A DNA stretch of 63,913 nt, filler included, from Octopus bimaculoides (GCF_001194135.2; 7 parts of 7 records of this genome joined end to end with filler, not necessarily neighbours in it); one strand, 5' to 3'. Counted from the whole stretch's first letter, positions 41,291-54,478 are shown. The notes: generated by a model from the letters alone, not told the origin. Numbers and translations: made by a program.

Positions 41291-41575
41291 GGCATGTGAC
41301 CTAGTGGCTTAGGCGTGTTGCACTTACGATCTCACGATCGTGAGTTCGATTCCCACACCAGCCGCGCATTGTGTTCTTGAGCAAAATACTTCATTTCTCG
41401 TCGTTCCAATCCACTCAGCTGTAAATGGGTAACCATGCCATGGATTAGCCTTCTGATCAAGGGAATTCTCACCTAGTCAGCGGGGTGGCATCATTCGAAA
41501 TCTAAAACAATGAGAAGTGCATTTTGATCAGCGATGTACGATTACACCTAGTAGTCTGGTCGATTACGTGAAATA
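41291..41575 (+). mobile_element. tRNA-derived SINE (third family)
   Basis: A-box TGACCTAGTGG (41297), B-box GAGTTCGATTCC (41342), then TTGAGCAA...CCACTCAGCTGTAAATGGGTA central domain. Confidence 0.75.
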
Positions 41576-41588
41576 TAATATGTGTGTG

Positions 41589-41626
<38 letters not shown>

Positions 41627-43462
41627 TACATATTATATTTCACGTGATCGACCAGACTACTAGGNNNNNNNNNNNNNNNNNNNNNNNNNNNNNNNNNNNN
41701 NNNNNNNNNNNNNNNNNNNNNNNNNNNNNNNNNNNNNNNNNNNNNNNNNNNNNNNNNNNNNNNNNNNNNNNNNNNNNNNNNNNNNNNNNNNNNNNNNNNN
41801 NNNNNNNNNNNNNNNNNNNNNNNNNNNNNNNNNNNNNNNNNNNNNNNNNNNNNNNNNNNNNNNNNNNNNNNNNNNNNNNNNNNNNNNNNNNNNNNNNNNN
41901 NNNNNNNNNNNNNNNNNNNNNNNNNNNNNNNNNNNNNNNNNNNNNNNNNNNNNNNNNNNNNNNNNNNNNNNNNNNNNNNNNNNNNNNNNNNNNNNNNNNN
42001 NNNNNNNNNNNNNNNNNNNNNNNNNNNNNNNNNNNNNNNNNNNNNNNNNNNNNNNNNNNNNNNNNNNNNNNNNNNNNNNNATATATATATATATATATAT
42101 ATAATTGATCTATTTTGATTCTATCTACTCAATATTTCAAAAGATATCGTTTAACTTCTTGATAGTCTCAATAAGTTTTGGCTGGAATTGAACTCACACG
42201 TCTGTATGATGTTCTTTTTAATTCACAATAACCATACCTGGTATTATCTCACCTAATGTCCGCAGCTAAAAGTATCTAGCTTAATTAAACAAATATTTGT
42301 TTCTTTTTATGATTAATTCATTTAATTTCTGTGATAATTGCATTAAATTACCGATTTGTATCGTAAAATTGTTCTTTATTGTTCGTTATTTTAATGTTGT
42401 GCCACTTATTAAATTTGAGCTATGTGTTATTAATGTTAATCTAATAAATATCAAACTCTCAGGTAAATCTCGTGGTTAGACGCAGAAACCCAAAGGGAGA
42501 AGAGGACTGGCTGGTAGACATGAAGCAAGGTCTTACCAGTAAACAAGCAAAGAATCGTCTGTAAACAATGCGACACGAATCCTCTTGTTTTGAAGCCTAC
42601 GTAATTTCTATTTTAATAAAAGCGAAATTCTGTCTGTTCGTCTGGGACCCCTGCATCTCTGTCTACATTTGCTCTACGTAAACATATTATACCTTTTTGG
42701 AATCAGGATGATCCCGGGATTGAAAATCTGCCCTTCATTTGATTCTTGAACACCCAGCATTGGGATCTGATTTAAAAGCATTTGGGTTGCTATTTCTAGC
42801 AGGTAAACCTTGACTGATTCACCCCATCTTGGTTGGCGTTTGTCAGATGACGTCAATGATCAAAGGGGAGAAAAATGACATTCGCTTCATTAATTTTACG
42901 TCGAGATAAAGAACATTGGGACAAATTGGCCAACAGTTGGAATTCAAATTGGGAATGGAACAATATAACGATTGCAGTACAGAATTAATTCTAATCCGTC
43001 CTTAACCCCTGATCAAATACCACGGGGGTATATAGTCATTATAGATGTATTATAGTCATGTTACTTGGGTCCCTTTAGTTTTGGTCCGCAGGCCCATTTA
43101 GCTCTCCGTAGAGGAGCTTAAAAGTTTGCACAGAATGCAGCTAAGCTGGTGCATTAATAAATCTCTAAATACTTTTTTTTTCGAAAGCCCTCAATAACAA
43201 ACTGAAAAGGAGGCTTCTTCATTTTCGTTTTTAGAATTTCATTTTGCATTGTTTTCATGCTCAAAAAATTCTAATTTTTAGAGACATCTTAAAGTTTTAT
43301 GATGTATGTAAACCATTGTTGTTGACTATATCATTGTAGTTGAGTAAAACATTGTAGTCTACTTTTCCATTTATTAAAAAAAAAAAAAACCCAAAAAACT
43401 GATGTTCTTACGATTTCGATCTGCAAATTTAAAAAAAAATTTCAATGATAATAATATTAATG

Positions 43463-43676
43463 GTTTCAAATTTTGACACAGTTGCAGCCATTTTGGGGGA
43501 GGGAAAGAGTCGAGTAAATCGACCCCAGTGTTTCACTGGTACTTAATTTGTTGATCCCGAAAGGATGAAAGGCAAAGTCAACCTCGGTGGAATTTGAACT
43601 CAGAACGTAGCGACGGGCGAAATACCGCTAAAGGATTTCGTCCAGCGTGCTAACAATTCTGCCAGCTCACCGCTTT
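43463..43676 (-). mobile_element. SINE family B, near full length
   Basis: TTTCAAATTTTG...GGATGAAAGGCAAAGTC...CTGCCAGCTCACCGCTTT. Confidence 0.9.
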
Positions 43677-43692
43677 AATAATGAAAATAATA

Positions 43693-43969
43693 ATGTGGAA
43701 TCTAAAAACAGAAACAATTCCTATCATAGTAGGTGCCTTAGGTATAATAAAAAAATATTCAGGCAAATACATAACAAAAACACCAGGACTTACAAATATA
43801 TATAACATACAGAAAATTGCACTACTGGGTACTGCACACATTCTACGCAAAACACTTTCAATACAGTAAACATAAGAGCACCACAGCAAACCACAGCACA
43901 TACCCAAGGCGCCCAGAGCTGCGCTCGGTAGTGAAGTGAAAGCACGTTATAAAAATAAAACTACTGAAC
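43693..43969 (+). mobile_element. R4/Dong-type RLE LINE 3' end with (AAT)n tail
   Basis: MWNLKTETIPIIVGALGIIKKYSGKYITKTPGLTNIYNIQKIALLGTAHILRKTLSIQ*; near-identical to the 23097 copy. Confidence 0.85.
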
Positions 43970-44025
<56 letters not shown>

Positions 44026-44621
44026 CGACGAAGTAGTAGACGACAACGATGATGATGATGGTGACGTTGATCCTGAGGATAATCCTGATGATGATCAAGA
44101 TGATTATGATAGTAATGATGATGAGGAGGAGGAAGAGGGTGATGAGGAAGAGGATGATTGTCTGCTGCTTAAATCATTCTGTATTGAAATAGATTCTCTG
44201 TTGCCCAGCTTACTGTAAAATCACGTATTTTGCAGTTTCTTTAATCAAAGGTCGCCGGTATCCTAAGTTACTCAAGTGGAAGTTTATGATTACACGATGT
44301 TGGCTTGTGAAGCCTCGTCGCTATTTTTCTTTTCACTTTGGATGGAATATGATGTGTATAATGATTAGAAATTGAAGTGTATGTTCCACCAGTACCCAAG
44401 CAATTCAGACTGAAGTAGTCTGAATTGAGTTTATGCATGCATGTATGCATGCATGCATACATACATACATACAGACATACATACATACATACACGTGTGC
44501 ATATATATATGTAATATATATGTAATATATATATACATGTATATATATATATATATATATATGACATATATATATTACGTATATGTATATATGTGTATAT
44601 CTATCTATCTATCCATTTATC

Positions 44622-44652
<31 letters not shown>

Positions 44653-44928
44653 ATTTATATATGTGTTTGTATATGTATATATATATGTGTGTATGTTTAT
44701 ATGTATATATATACGTATGCATGCATATACATATATATATGTATGTATACGTATATATATATGTGTGTATGTATATATATATATGTATATATGTGTATAT
44801 ATATATATGCGTGTATATATATGTATGTATATATATATGTATGTTTATGTGTGTATATGTATGTATATATTATATATATGTGCATGTATATAAATATTTG
44901 TATGTATATATATGTATATATAAACGTT

Positions 44929-44965
<37 letters not shown>

Positions 44966-44973
44966 ATATACGC

Positions 44974-45066
<93 letters not shown>

Positions 45067-45103
45067 TTTCATGTACTCGCGCGCAATATTCGCACATATA
45101 TTT

Positions 45104-45192
<89 letters not shown>

Positions 45193-45824
45193 GCAGATAG
45201 ATATTTTTTCTCTTTTAACCAAGAGAAAAGGCAGTGCACATAACCTTTTACAGGCCTTTCAAGATTGGTGAGATGAAGTTATTCACAAGTTAGAGTCCGA
45301 AAGTTTGCAACAAAATGGCTTCCGTCAAAAGTATCCTAGCCAGGTTGTGGTGTTAAATCAATCAACGTATTAAATCTACTCCTCATCCCCGAAGAAGTAA
45401 GCCAAGATAGAACTTGATCTTAGACATCAAAGGTCTAGAACAAATATAAACAAAAAGGATGTAATATATACCGATTTGAAGTCTGATATTTCTATATGTT
45501 GGAACCAAGAAATTAACAAGGCGGTTTTGTTTATAGATCTTAATATAGGGCTGAGGGCTGCAGTGTACAAGATCTGTTTAGTTGGTTCATCCAGAAAGTT
45601 CTCAATGCAAAATAAGAACAGATATAAGCGCCATAAAAGGACTTTTAGAATAGAAAGGAGAACGTGGTCCGATAGGAAGCTCAATTGAATAGGTTACAAT
45701 ATTGATAACATGTAAAAGCAGGAAATTGAGCAAAACAAGAAAATATAAATATTACAGATGAGAAAGGGGAAAAGATGCTTATAAAAATACCAAACTAGGA
45801 TCATGATTCTAAGCACGGATTCTG

Positions 45825-46880
45825 AAGACGCAGAAGACAGAGCGGGAACCGGTAGTCGTGAGGACAGCCGCCAAGTATAGGTGGTCGACTCAATCGAAAG
45901 TTTTCGATTGATCTAAGTGAATTAGGGTCCCGTCCACTCTAGGTTTCTTACCCACTTTCTCTGTGATTCATGAGGTGGTGGTTGTCGTGGGTAGATCTGT
46001 CTGGGACGGCGCATGTTTGCGCATCATCACTCAGACCATTAGCGACAAGCGCTTACATTTTGGTTAACACCTAGGCCAAAAGTTGAAATCTGCGTTTAGC
46101 AGAGTTACTGACCGAAAATTATCAATGTGATCCTCCTTGTTTGCGTCCTTTTTCAGCAGTGCCACTGTCTCTTGACTCACAGAATTTGAGAATCTCCTAG
46201 TCTGCTGCCAATTGCAGTAGATATCTGCCAAAAGGTCTGCAGACAAGTCTGGCATATAAAAGTAAATCCTTTTTTGGGCAGACCATGGAAAACAGGCGAT
46301 TTACTCGCCGTGCAGCCAGTTACCGCTTCCAGTATTTCCGAGGTTGTTATCGACTTTTTGTAATTCCCTTGCCGTGAATCACGGCACGCCGTATAGGTAG
46401 GCAGTAAAATTGATCTTGTAATCCAGCCTGCCACTCATCCCGAACAGTTGAGAAAAGTATCGTGGTAAATCTACATACGGCTGTTTAGTTTCGAGTAATA
46501 TGCGATCAACACGATCTGCCAAAGATCGAATTATGGCTTTGTCGCCATGCTGCGCCTCTGCTATTCAAGCCCATCGAATGGCTTTTGTTCATTCAAGTCT
46601 TAGAGTTCGTCCGTTAGCTGTGACAACACAGCCATTGTGTATCGTTTTACATTGAAGAATTAGTCCAGGGCAAGTCTCGTCGCAAGCACGTCGGTTGCAA
46701 CGCTATCCCTACTCGTCTTTTCTAAATTTCTTACTGGGACACCCTCCATTCAAGTTTTCTCTATCGCTGCTTCTAATAATAACACAGGGAGAGGTGTTCA
46801 ATATATAACACCGGGGGTGTCTAATAGAACGCCGGGAGAACCTCTAGCATGGGAAAACCTTCTTGACAGCCTCCACCAGA
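45825..46880 (-). pseudogene. L1/Tx1-clade ORF2 linker and RT N-terminal half, decayed
   Basis: SITTSEILEAV...SKSPVFHGLP...LLKKDANKEDHIDNFRSVTLLNADF...LIHLDQSKTFD*VDHLYLAAVL. Confidence 0.85.
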
Positions 46881-47741
46881 GAAAAAAAATCTAATGACAA
46901 TAATTACAAAGCAACAAATACAAATAAAACATGCTGATGGATAACTGCGTAAGTAATACTTGTAAAATCTAGAGATCATTACCGTTCATAATTGGTGTAT
47001 TAAAAATGTTCATAGTATCGGTGGTGTCATACTACATGTAAACAAACTATCAGAGCACTGTGTGTATATCAACACCTCACCGATCACCTACCACCAACGC
47101 CCACAAAAAGGCAAGTAATTAAAATTAAAATTAAAATCGTATCATTTAGACTGGGGAATGTGTAGTTTGAATTTAATGTACAAAAAATGGAGAAAAATCG
47201 CACATATAAAACTTGACTAAACTAGAAAACTTTTAAAGGCAGTAGCAGAGAAACGGTTGTTGCTGGAAACGGTTGAAGAGAAAAATGACTTGGTTTAGTT
47301 CGATCGTCTTGCGATCTTTATCGATACATACCAAATCTGTTTGCCTCTCATTTGGAAGACGGTTATGGAAAGTGGTGGGCGTCGTTAGAAAGGACGCAAA
47401 CTCGCGTTATCATTATTCGTTCAATATCTGTTGAAGTAATGCTTATCGCCACCTAAATGTAGGTGTTCTGTAAGAACAGACGATACTGCTATTTTAACCC
47501 CAGGAGGACACCTCCTCCAGCTAGTTATTCAGTGTACCTCGCATTCGATATATATTGCAAGCGGGGAGAGAACTCCCTATTATTTTAACTCTGAGACTAC
47601 CAGATCATGTGATTTCAATCTCATTTTGTTTATTTTCAGTGATGGATACACGCATGCCAGACATAGCAGTAACTCATCCTAGCTTGCAATATATAGAAAA
47701 CCAGTGTCACACAGTCACTTATTTTGCAATTAGCGAACTAG

Positions 47742-47921
47742 CTTGTTAAGAAAATCTCTATTAGAGACGGAAGCATTATTTATACTGAGAAGTAATGTTT
47801 ATCCTGAGGCTAAAATAACAATATCGTTCGTTCTTATAGAACACCTATGTTTAAGTTGCGATAAACATTACTTCTCAGTATAAATACTGTTTTCGTCTCT
47901 AACAGAGACTTTCTTAACAAG
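47742..47921. repeat. 62-bp-arm inverted repeat (MITE/foldback-like)
   Basis: Arms 47742-47803 and 47860-47921, about 5 mismatches, 56-bp spacer. Confidence 0.85.
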
Positions 47922-47939
47922 ATAGAGCTAAAGATTTTA

Positions 47940-48148
47940 GATAAAGATCTTGGAATTTATCATAGTATGGTCGGGAGTACGTATGCATGCGCAATTCAAG
48001 CAGATCTGCTCACGACAATCTCCACCTTCTGTGATACATCGTAGACAGTGTAGGTGATTAAGATGGCTTCGGTGATGACCTGTTTCACTTCGATCAATCC
48101 AAAGTCTTTGATAAAGTTGACCAGCTGCACTTTGCACTGGTTCTCATT
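47940..48148 (-). pseudogene. L1/Tx1-clade endonuclease C-terminal part
   Basis: LVNFIKDFGLIE; WIDRSETGHHRSHLN (RSxLD-like); RTPDHTMI (SDH-like). Confidence 0.55.
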
Positions 48149-48855
48149 GCAACCGGTTTCGGTCTCTTTTAGAGATGGAATCATTTCTATGTGCAACAGC
48201 ATCTGTTCGGTGGTCATTCTAAATGGAAACTCAACGGAGACGTTTCGAAACCCACGCTCGATTATAGGGGCCTTCTGTCATCGCTCCTGAAGCTTTGGGT
48301 TGAACCAGTGCTAAGGAATTTGAGCTGTTAAGGGGGGGGGGGTCAACCTACTCGAATTGGAACACAACAAGGCCATATCGGTATGCAGAGGACGTTACAG
48401 TCATAGCGTAGGGGAGCCCGGAAATTAAAGGATCAGCAACGAGCTGAAAGTATAAACTCAATAATGAGGAAAAGCCTGGGCTTACAACTCGGCATCTGGA
48501 GATGCAAGTCTACGCTAATCAGCATCATACTGCGCTATAATGACGGTCTTGTTAAGGTACTTGGGCCTCATTCAGGCCAGACCTTCAGGTGAACAGGAAC
48601 TAGGATGGGGTTACGAGTAGACTAGCCAATCTGCCTCACAAAAATGAAAGTTCTCGGAGGGATGGCACATACATATATCTCCTCTGTTATCTTATTAGCC
48701 TCTTGATTGCTATGTTTCATACAATTTCCATGTGAGCAGAGAAAGGAACATCTGTTTTTTCCTTTATTTTGTAATAACGAGTTCGGCTGCTCAGAAAGCC
48801 TATTTACGGCAAGAACTCTCCATGCGAGGGCTCTGTATGTTGTGGCTGATGGCGG
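48149..48855 (+). pseudogene. L1/Tx1-clade RT C-terminal half
   Basis: TGFG..IISMCNSICSVVILNG...LLSSLLKLWVEPVLRNL...YAEDVTVI (YADD)...RGLCMLWL. Confidence 0.8.
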
Positions 48856-49039
48856 ATGATGGTGGCTGAGGCTGCGGTATCTTCGGTATCTTCATAGATT
48901 TTGGGAGGATGATGGCAATGAGATGATGATGATGATGATGATCATGATGATCATGATGATCATGATGATGATCATGATGATGATCATGATGAAAACGAGG
49001 ATAACAATAATGATGATTAGTGATAATTACGACGACGAT

Positions 49040-49074
<35 letters not shown>

Positions 49075-49492
49075 TGATGATGATAAATGATGATGGTGAA
49101 GACGACGAGCACAAAGACGAAGATGCTACTGCTGCTTATTAATATTATTATGATGGTGTCGAGGAAACATTATTGCTATCTCCATCATCTTCTGATTACT
49201 AAGCATATGCGACATATTTCTATGGATACGACCAATATGGCGTCTGCTGGGAATACCTTCTGAATCATCCGTGACATATGTTTCGATCTAGACATACGAA
49301 TCCTAGAGACAATGGCAAAATATAGACATTGCTGCTTGTGATTTGATAAATAGGGAAAATGGTTGTTCGCTGTTGTTTATTCATGTATTATTGGTTGATT
49401 GAAATATTAACTATTAATTGTTCTGTTTACTGTCCTGTATGTATGTATGTATGTATCTATGTATGCATATATACATATAAATGTATGTATTC

Positions 49493-49526
<34 letters not shown>

Positions 49527-49871
49527 NNNNNNNNNNNNNNNNNNNNNNNNNNNNNNNNNNNNNNNNNNNNNNNNNNNNNNNNNNNNNNNNNNNNNNNNNN
49601 NNNNNNNNNNNNNNNNNNNNNNNNNNNNNNNNNNNNNNNNNNNNNNNNNNNNNNNNNNNNNNNNNNNNNNNNNNNNNNNNNNNNNNNNNNNNNNNNNNNN
49701 NNNNNNNNNNNNNNNNNNNNNNNNNNNNNNNNNNNNNNNNNNNNNNNNNNNNNNNNNNNNNNNNNNNNNNNNNNNNNNNNNNNNNNNNNNNNNNNNNNNN
49801 NNNNNNNNNNNNNNNNNNNNNNNNNNNNNNNNNNNNNNNNNNNNNNNNNNNNNNNNNNNNNNNNNNNNNNN

Positions 49872-49939
<68 letters not shown>

Positions 49940-50831
49940 CATATACATACACACTAAACATATGTACACGTATATAACTGTATATTTGTATGTATGTATG
50001 TATGTATGTATGTATGCATGCATGCATGTATGAATGTAGCTATGTATGTACATGCGTACAGTTCGAGGGCTCAAAATTCAACGAAACCGCTGAAGGGGAA
50101 GTGAAGCATTGTACCACAGGGACCTATCTCTGTATCCCTATTCATTGTCTTATCTGCTCTGCCAAGCATTTACCTCAATGCGGTCATCACACATAGCAGT
50201 TGCATTTTTTTTTATACACAATACTACATTCAAGTATTGATATATTGGCCCATACACATTACACATTGCACACACTCATACCAATCACTAATTTTATATG
50301 AATGACAGCGTGGGTAATGAAAACACTATCGTCTTCCCCCCGCCCACTCTTTTCCTTTCTCTCTCTCATATATGTGTGTTTGTGTGTAGGTATGCATATG
50401 TATGTATGTAAATATATATACGTATANNNNNNNNNNNNNNNNNNNNNNNNNNNNNNNNNNNNNNNNNNNNTTAATTAATTAANNNNNNNNNNNNNNNNNN
50501 NNNNNNNNNNNNNNNNNNNNNNNNNNATGATAGTAGTAGGGTTAATTGTTTGGGTGTCCTGACATTGACCTGTTGATGGACGTAGTGTATTGTATTGTTT
50601 ATAATGTTTGCGTGGGTGTTATTCTAGACAGTAGTAGTAAGGGAAAGGAAGAAGATGACGGAGTAGATGAGGGATGGGGAGAAGGAGATAAATAGTAAAA
50701 TGCAGGAAAGAGTGATAGTAACTAGTCGAGTGAGTAGTGATTGGGTCGTTTTTTCATATTTTTTAGTTCTTTTATAATTCCTTGCGTATCTATTTGGAGT
50801 TTATCATTTTTAATATTTGTGTGTGTGTGTT

Positions 50832-51060
50832 TTATTCTAAGGTCGTGGTAGATATGTCATTCGTTGTAGATGCATTGAAAAGGGGTCTGTATTTTGTGAT
50901 GAAGAGATATTCTTTACTTATTCTTTGGCTGTAGGATGTATCGTCTCTGAATTGGTAGAGGTGAAAGATTCTGAAGCTAGGATTTTTAATATTGGCGCAA
51001 ATATCTGTGTTGGCTGACAGCTATTTTTCTGTTTTGGGGAATTTTATTTCTTATTCGGCA
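50832..51060 (-). pseudogene. Penelope-like element GIY-YIG endonuclease C-terminus
   Basis: SQH/DICA...SFRIFHLYQFRDDTSYSQRISKEYLFITKYRPLFN* resembles the F.I...R...E..FI...P.LN end of PLE ORFs. Confidence 0.6.
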
Positions 51061-51464
51061 CCACGCACGCCCAACTCATAAACTGTTCACGATTAGCTTG
51101 CTCTAATAGCCAGGCAGTTAGGGTTATAACATTATTGGGTTGGAGTTGGAGCTAAAGAAGTTGAAAAAACTCCTGAAATACGCAGGTACAGCAATTACCT
51201 ATTTTCCTATTGTTTACCTAGACCTATTCGTATACGAAATGTCGCAAAGATAGTGTTATCATTAAATGCTATAGAAAATCTCTAGAGACAAATTAAAAAT
51301 GATCGTGAACAACAAATATAGGACCCAGTATTGACTTATAAACTATAAACATTCAATATACACTATAGTTTATTATGATTGCCAAACAAAACGCTGGTTC
51401 TCAACTGGCAATTTAGTATATGCACATACTGATATATATGTATCAAACTATATATATATATATA

Positions 51465-51504
<40 letters not shown>

Positions 51505-52867
51505 NNNNNNNNNNNNNNNNNNNNNNNNNNNNNNNNNNNNNNNNNNNNNNNNNNNNNNNNNNNNNNNNNNNNNNNNNNNNNNNNNNNNNNNNNNNNNNNN
51601 NNNNNNNNNNNNNNNNNNNNNNNNNNNNNNNNNNNNNNNNNNNNNNNNNNNNNNNNNNNNNNNNNNNNNNNNNNNNNNNNNNNNNNNNNNNNNNNNNNNN
51701 NNNNNNNNNNNNNNNNNNNNNNNNNNNNNNNNNNNNNNNNNNNNNNNNNNNNNNNNNNNNNNNNNNNNNNNNNNNNNNNNNNNNNNNNNNNNNNNNNNNN
51801 NNNNNNNNNNNNNNNNNNNNNNNNNNNNNNNNNNNNNNNNNNNNNNNNNNNNNNNNNNNNNNNNNNNNNNNNNNNNNNNNNNNNNNNNNNNNNNNNNNNN
51901 NNNNNNNNNNNNNNNNNNNNNNNNNNNNNNNNNNNNNNNNNNNNNNNNNNNNNNNNNNNNNNNNNNNNNNNNNNNNNNNNNNNNNNNNNNNNNNNNNNNN
52001 NNNNNNNNNNNNNNNNNNNNNNNNNNNNNNNNNNNNNNNNNNNNNNNNNNNNNNNNNNNNNNNNNNNNNNNNNNNNNNNNNNNNNNNNNNNNNNNNNATA
52101 TATACACAAACATGCAACGCACATACACACATGCACACTCGCATACATATATGTATTACATTGAGAAATATACTTCTCCAACACCACATACTATAAGGAA
52201 ACTAAAATAGCATTACGTAATAAAAAATATTTTTTGAGTTTCGAAACTTCATTTACTTCAAAAGTTAAATTTGGAAATTGAGTTTGCTGTATGAAAATCT
52301 AAATAAAAATTCTGAATATTCAAAAATTTCCTTGAAAGTTAATAAATTTTCCAATAAAACTTACAATTTGAAAATATATTTAGTTTAAAGATTCCAACAC
52401 AATTTAAGACTTTAATGCTACTTTAACAAGAATATTTTGCTTTCTAATTCCCATTTTATATCACACTAATATTTTCTGAGAGACCTAGTAAACTATTCCT
52501 TATTCTATATTAATTTATTATTGCAAGTTTTCGTTTTCAATTACTTCATATACACACGCAGACACACAATCAGACACACAGACAGACACACACTCATAAA
52601 CACACATCATAAATCATATCAAAGAATATACCACTATATTAAAATCCAATTTTAACAATCCAAAAAGTGTTCTTTTCCTTGAAAGAGCTAATGGCTGGAA
52701 GCTACATATTTTGTATTGTTCGCGAGAATTTTCTTTCTTTCTGATTTTCTCAGACAGTGTACACTGAGTTTGTATTAGCTGACGATATGGAGTAATCGCT
52801 AAATTATTGACTCAGAATGTACGTTTTCACACCTGCATCATTATACATACATGCATATATGTGTGTG

Positions 52868-52908
<41 letters not shown>

Positions 52909-53009
52909 NNNNNNNNNNNNNNNNNNNNNNNNNNNNNNNNNNNNNNNNNNNNTTAATTAATTAANNNNNNNNNNNNNNNNNNNNNNNNNNNNNNNNNNNN
53001 NNNNNNNNA

Positions 53010-53123
53010 GAATAAGTATTAGGCTTACAAAGAATAAGGTCTGGGGCCGATTTGCTCGACTATAAAGGCGGTGCTCCAGCATGGCCGCAGTCAAATGACT
53101 GAAACAAGTAAAAGAGTAAAAGA

Positions 53124-53125
<2 letters not shown>
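53010..53125 (+). mobile_element. SINE family A 3' end
   Basis: AGAATAAGTA...GGCGGTGCTCCAGCATGGCCGCAGTCAAATGACTGAAACAAGTAAAAGAG. Confidence 0.85.
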
Positions 53126-53165
<40 letters not shown>

Positions 53166-53420
53166 TACTCTTTAACAAGAATCGTACTGAGTGACTTTAA
53201 AGCTTATATATATGTATATATATGTATATATATAATATATATAATATTATATATATGTATATATAATATATATATATGTGTGTGTATATATATATGAGAA
53301 ATAATTAACATTCAGTTGAATTACGTACTTAAGTTGAAGTACCACGTCAGTCCGGTATTATCCGCACATCTCAAAGTAAGGTGAATAAAATCAAAATAAG
53401 CAACAGGATATCAAGAAGTG

Positions 53421-53508
53421 ATGCAGTACGACCGTTTCAAGCGGCTCCATTTAATTGAACAATCCAATCATTACATCAATTTAAATGCAGAGCTATCATC
53501 AGCTGCAC
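53421..53508 (-). ncRNA. Hammerhead-like motif, second family, long helix II
   Basis: GUGCAG-CUGAUGA-(57 nt foldback)-GAAAC-GGUC-GUA-CUGCAU; base of helix II imperfect. Confidence 0.45.
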
Positions 53509-54304
53509 AAATAAATAGAATTTTAATCAGTTGGACGCATTAATATTATTTTACGCAAATGCTTTAACAGAGCACGAAGATGGAAGAAATCCATGTTGTC
53601 GCTAATGTAGCTAAGAATATACTACACTTCCAAGAAATGCATGAAGCTTACTGTAAAGGATTGTGGTTCATTTATAGTTTATTAGTGTTTTTTATCAACT
53701 ACTAACTCTANNNNNNNNNNNNNNNNNNNNNNNNNNNNNNNNNNNNNNNNNNNNNNNNNNNNNNNNNNNNNNNNNNNNNNNNNNNNNNNNNNNNNNNNNN
53801 NNNNNNNNNNNNNNNNNNNNNNNNNNNNNNNNNNNNNNNNNNNNNNNNNNNNNNNNNNNNNNNNNNNNNNNNNNNNNNNNNNNNNNNNNNNNNNNNNNNN
53901 NNNNNNNNNNNNNNNNNNNNNNNNNNNNNNNNNNNNNNNNNNNNNNNNNNNNNNNNNNNNNNNNNNNNNNNNNNNNNNNNNNNNNNNNNNNNNNNNNNNN
54001 NNNNNNNNNNNNNNNNNNNNNNNNNNNNNNNNNNNNNNNNNNNNNNNNNNNNNNNNNNNNNNNNNNNNNNNNNNNNNNNNNNNNNNNNNNNNNNNNNNNN
54101 NNNNNNNNNNNNNNNNNNNNNNNNNNNNNNNNNNNNNNNNNNNNNNNNNNNNNNNNNNNNNNNNNNNNNNNNNNNNNNNNNNNNNNNNNNNNNNNNNNNN
54201 NNNNNNNNNNNNNNNNNNNNNNNNNNNNNNNNNNNNNNNNNNNNNNNNNNNNNNNNNNNNNNNNNNNNNNNNNNNNNNNNNNAGAGACTAAAAACACACA
54301 CACA

Positions 54305-54478
54305 CACACGCACACGCACACGCACACGCACACGCACACACAGATACACACACGTACACACAGATACACACACGCACACACAGATACACACACGCACACA
54401 CAGATACACACACGCACACACAGATACGCACACGCACACACAGATACACACACGCACACACAGATACACACACGCACG
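54305..54478. repeat. 20-bp minisatellite CACACGCACACACAGATACA, about 7 units
   Basis: Direct reading. Confidence 0.9.
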
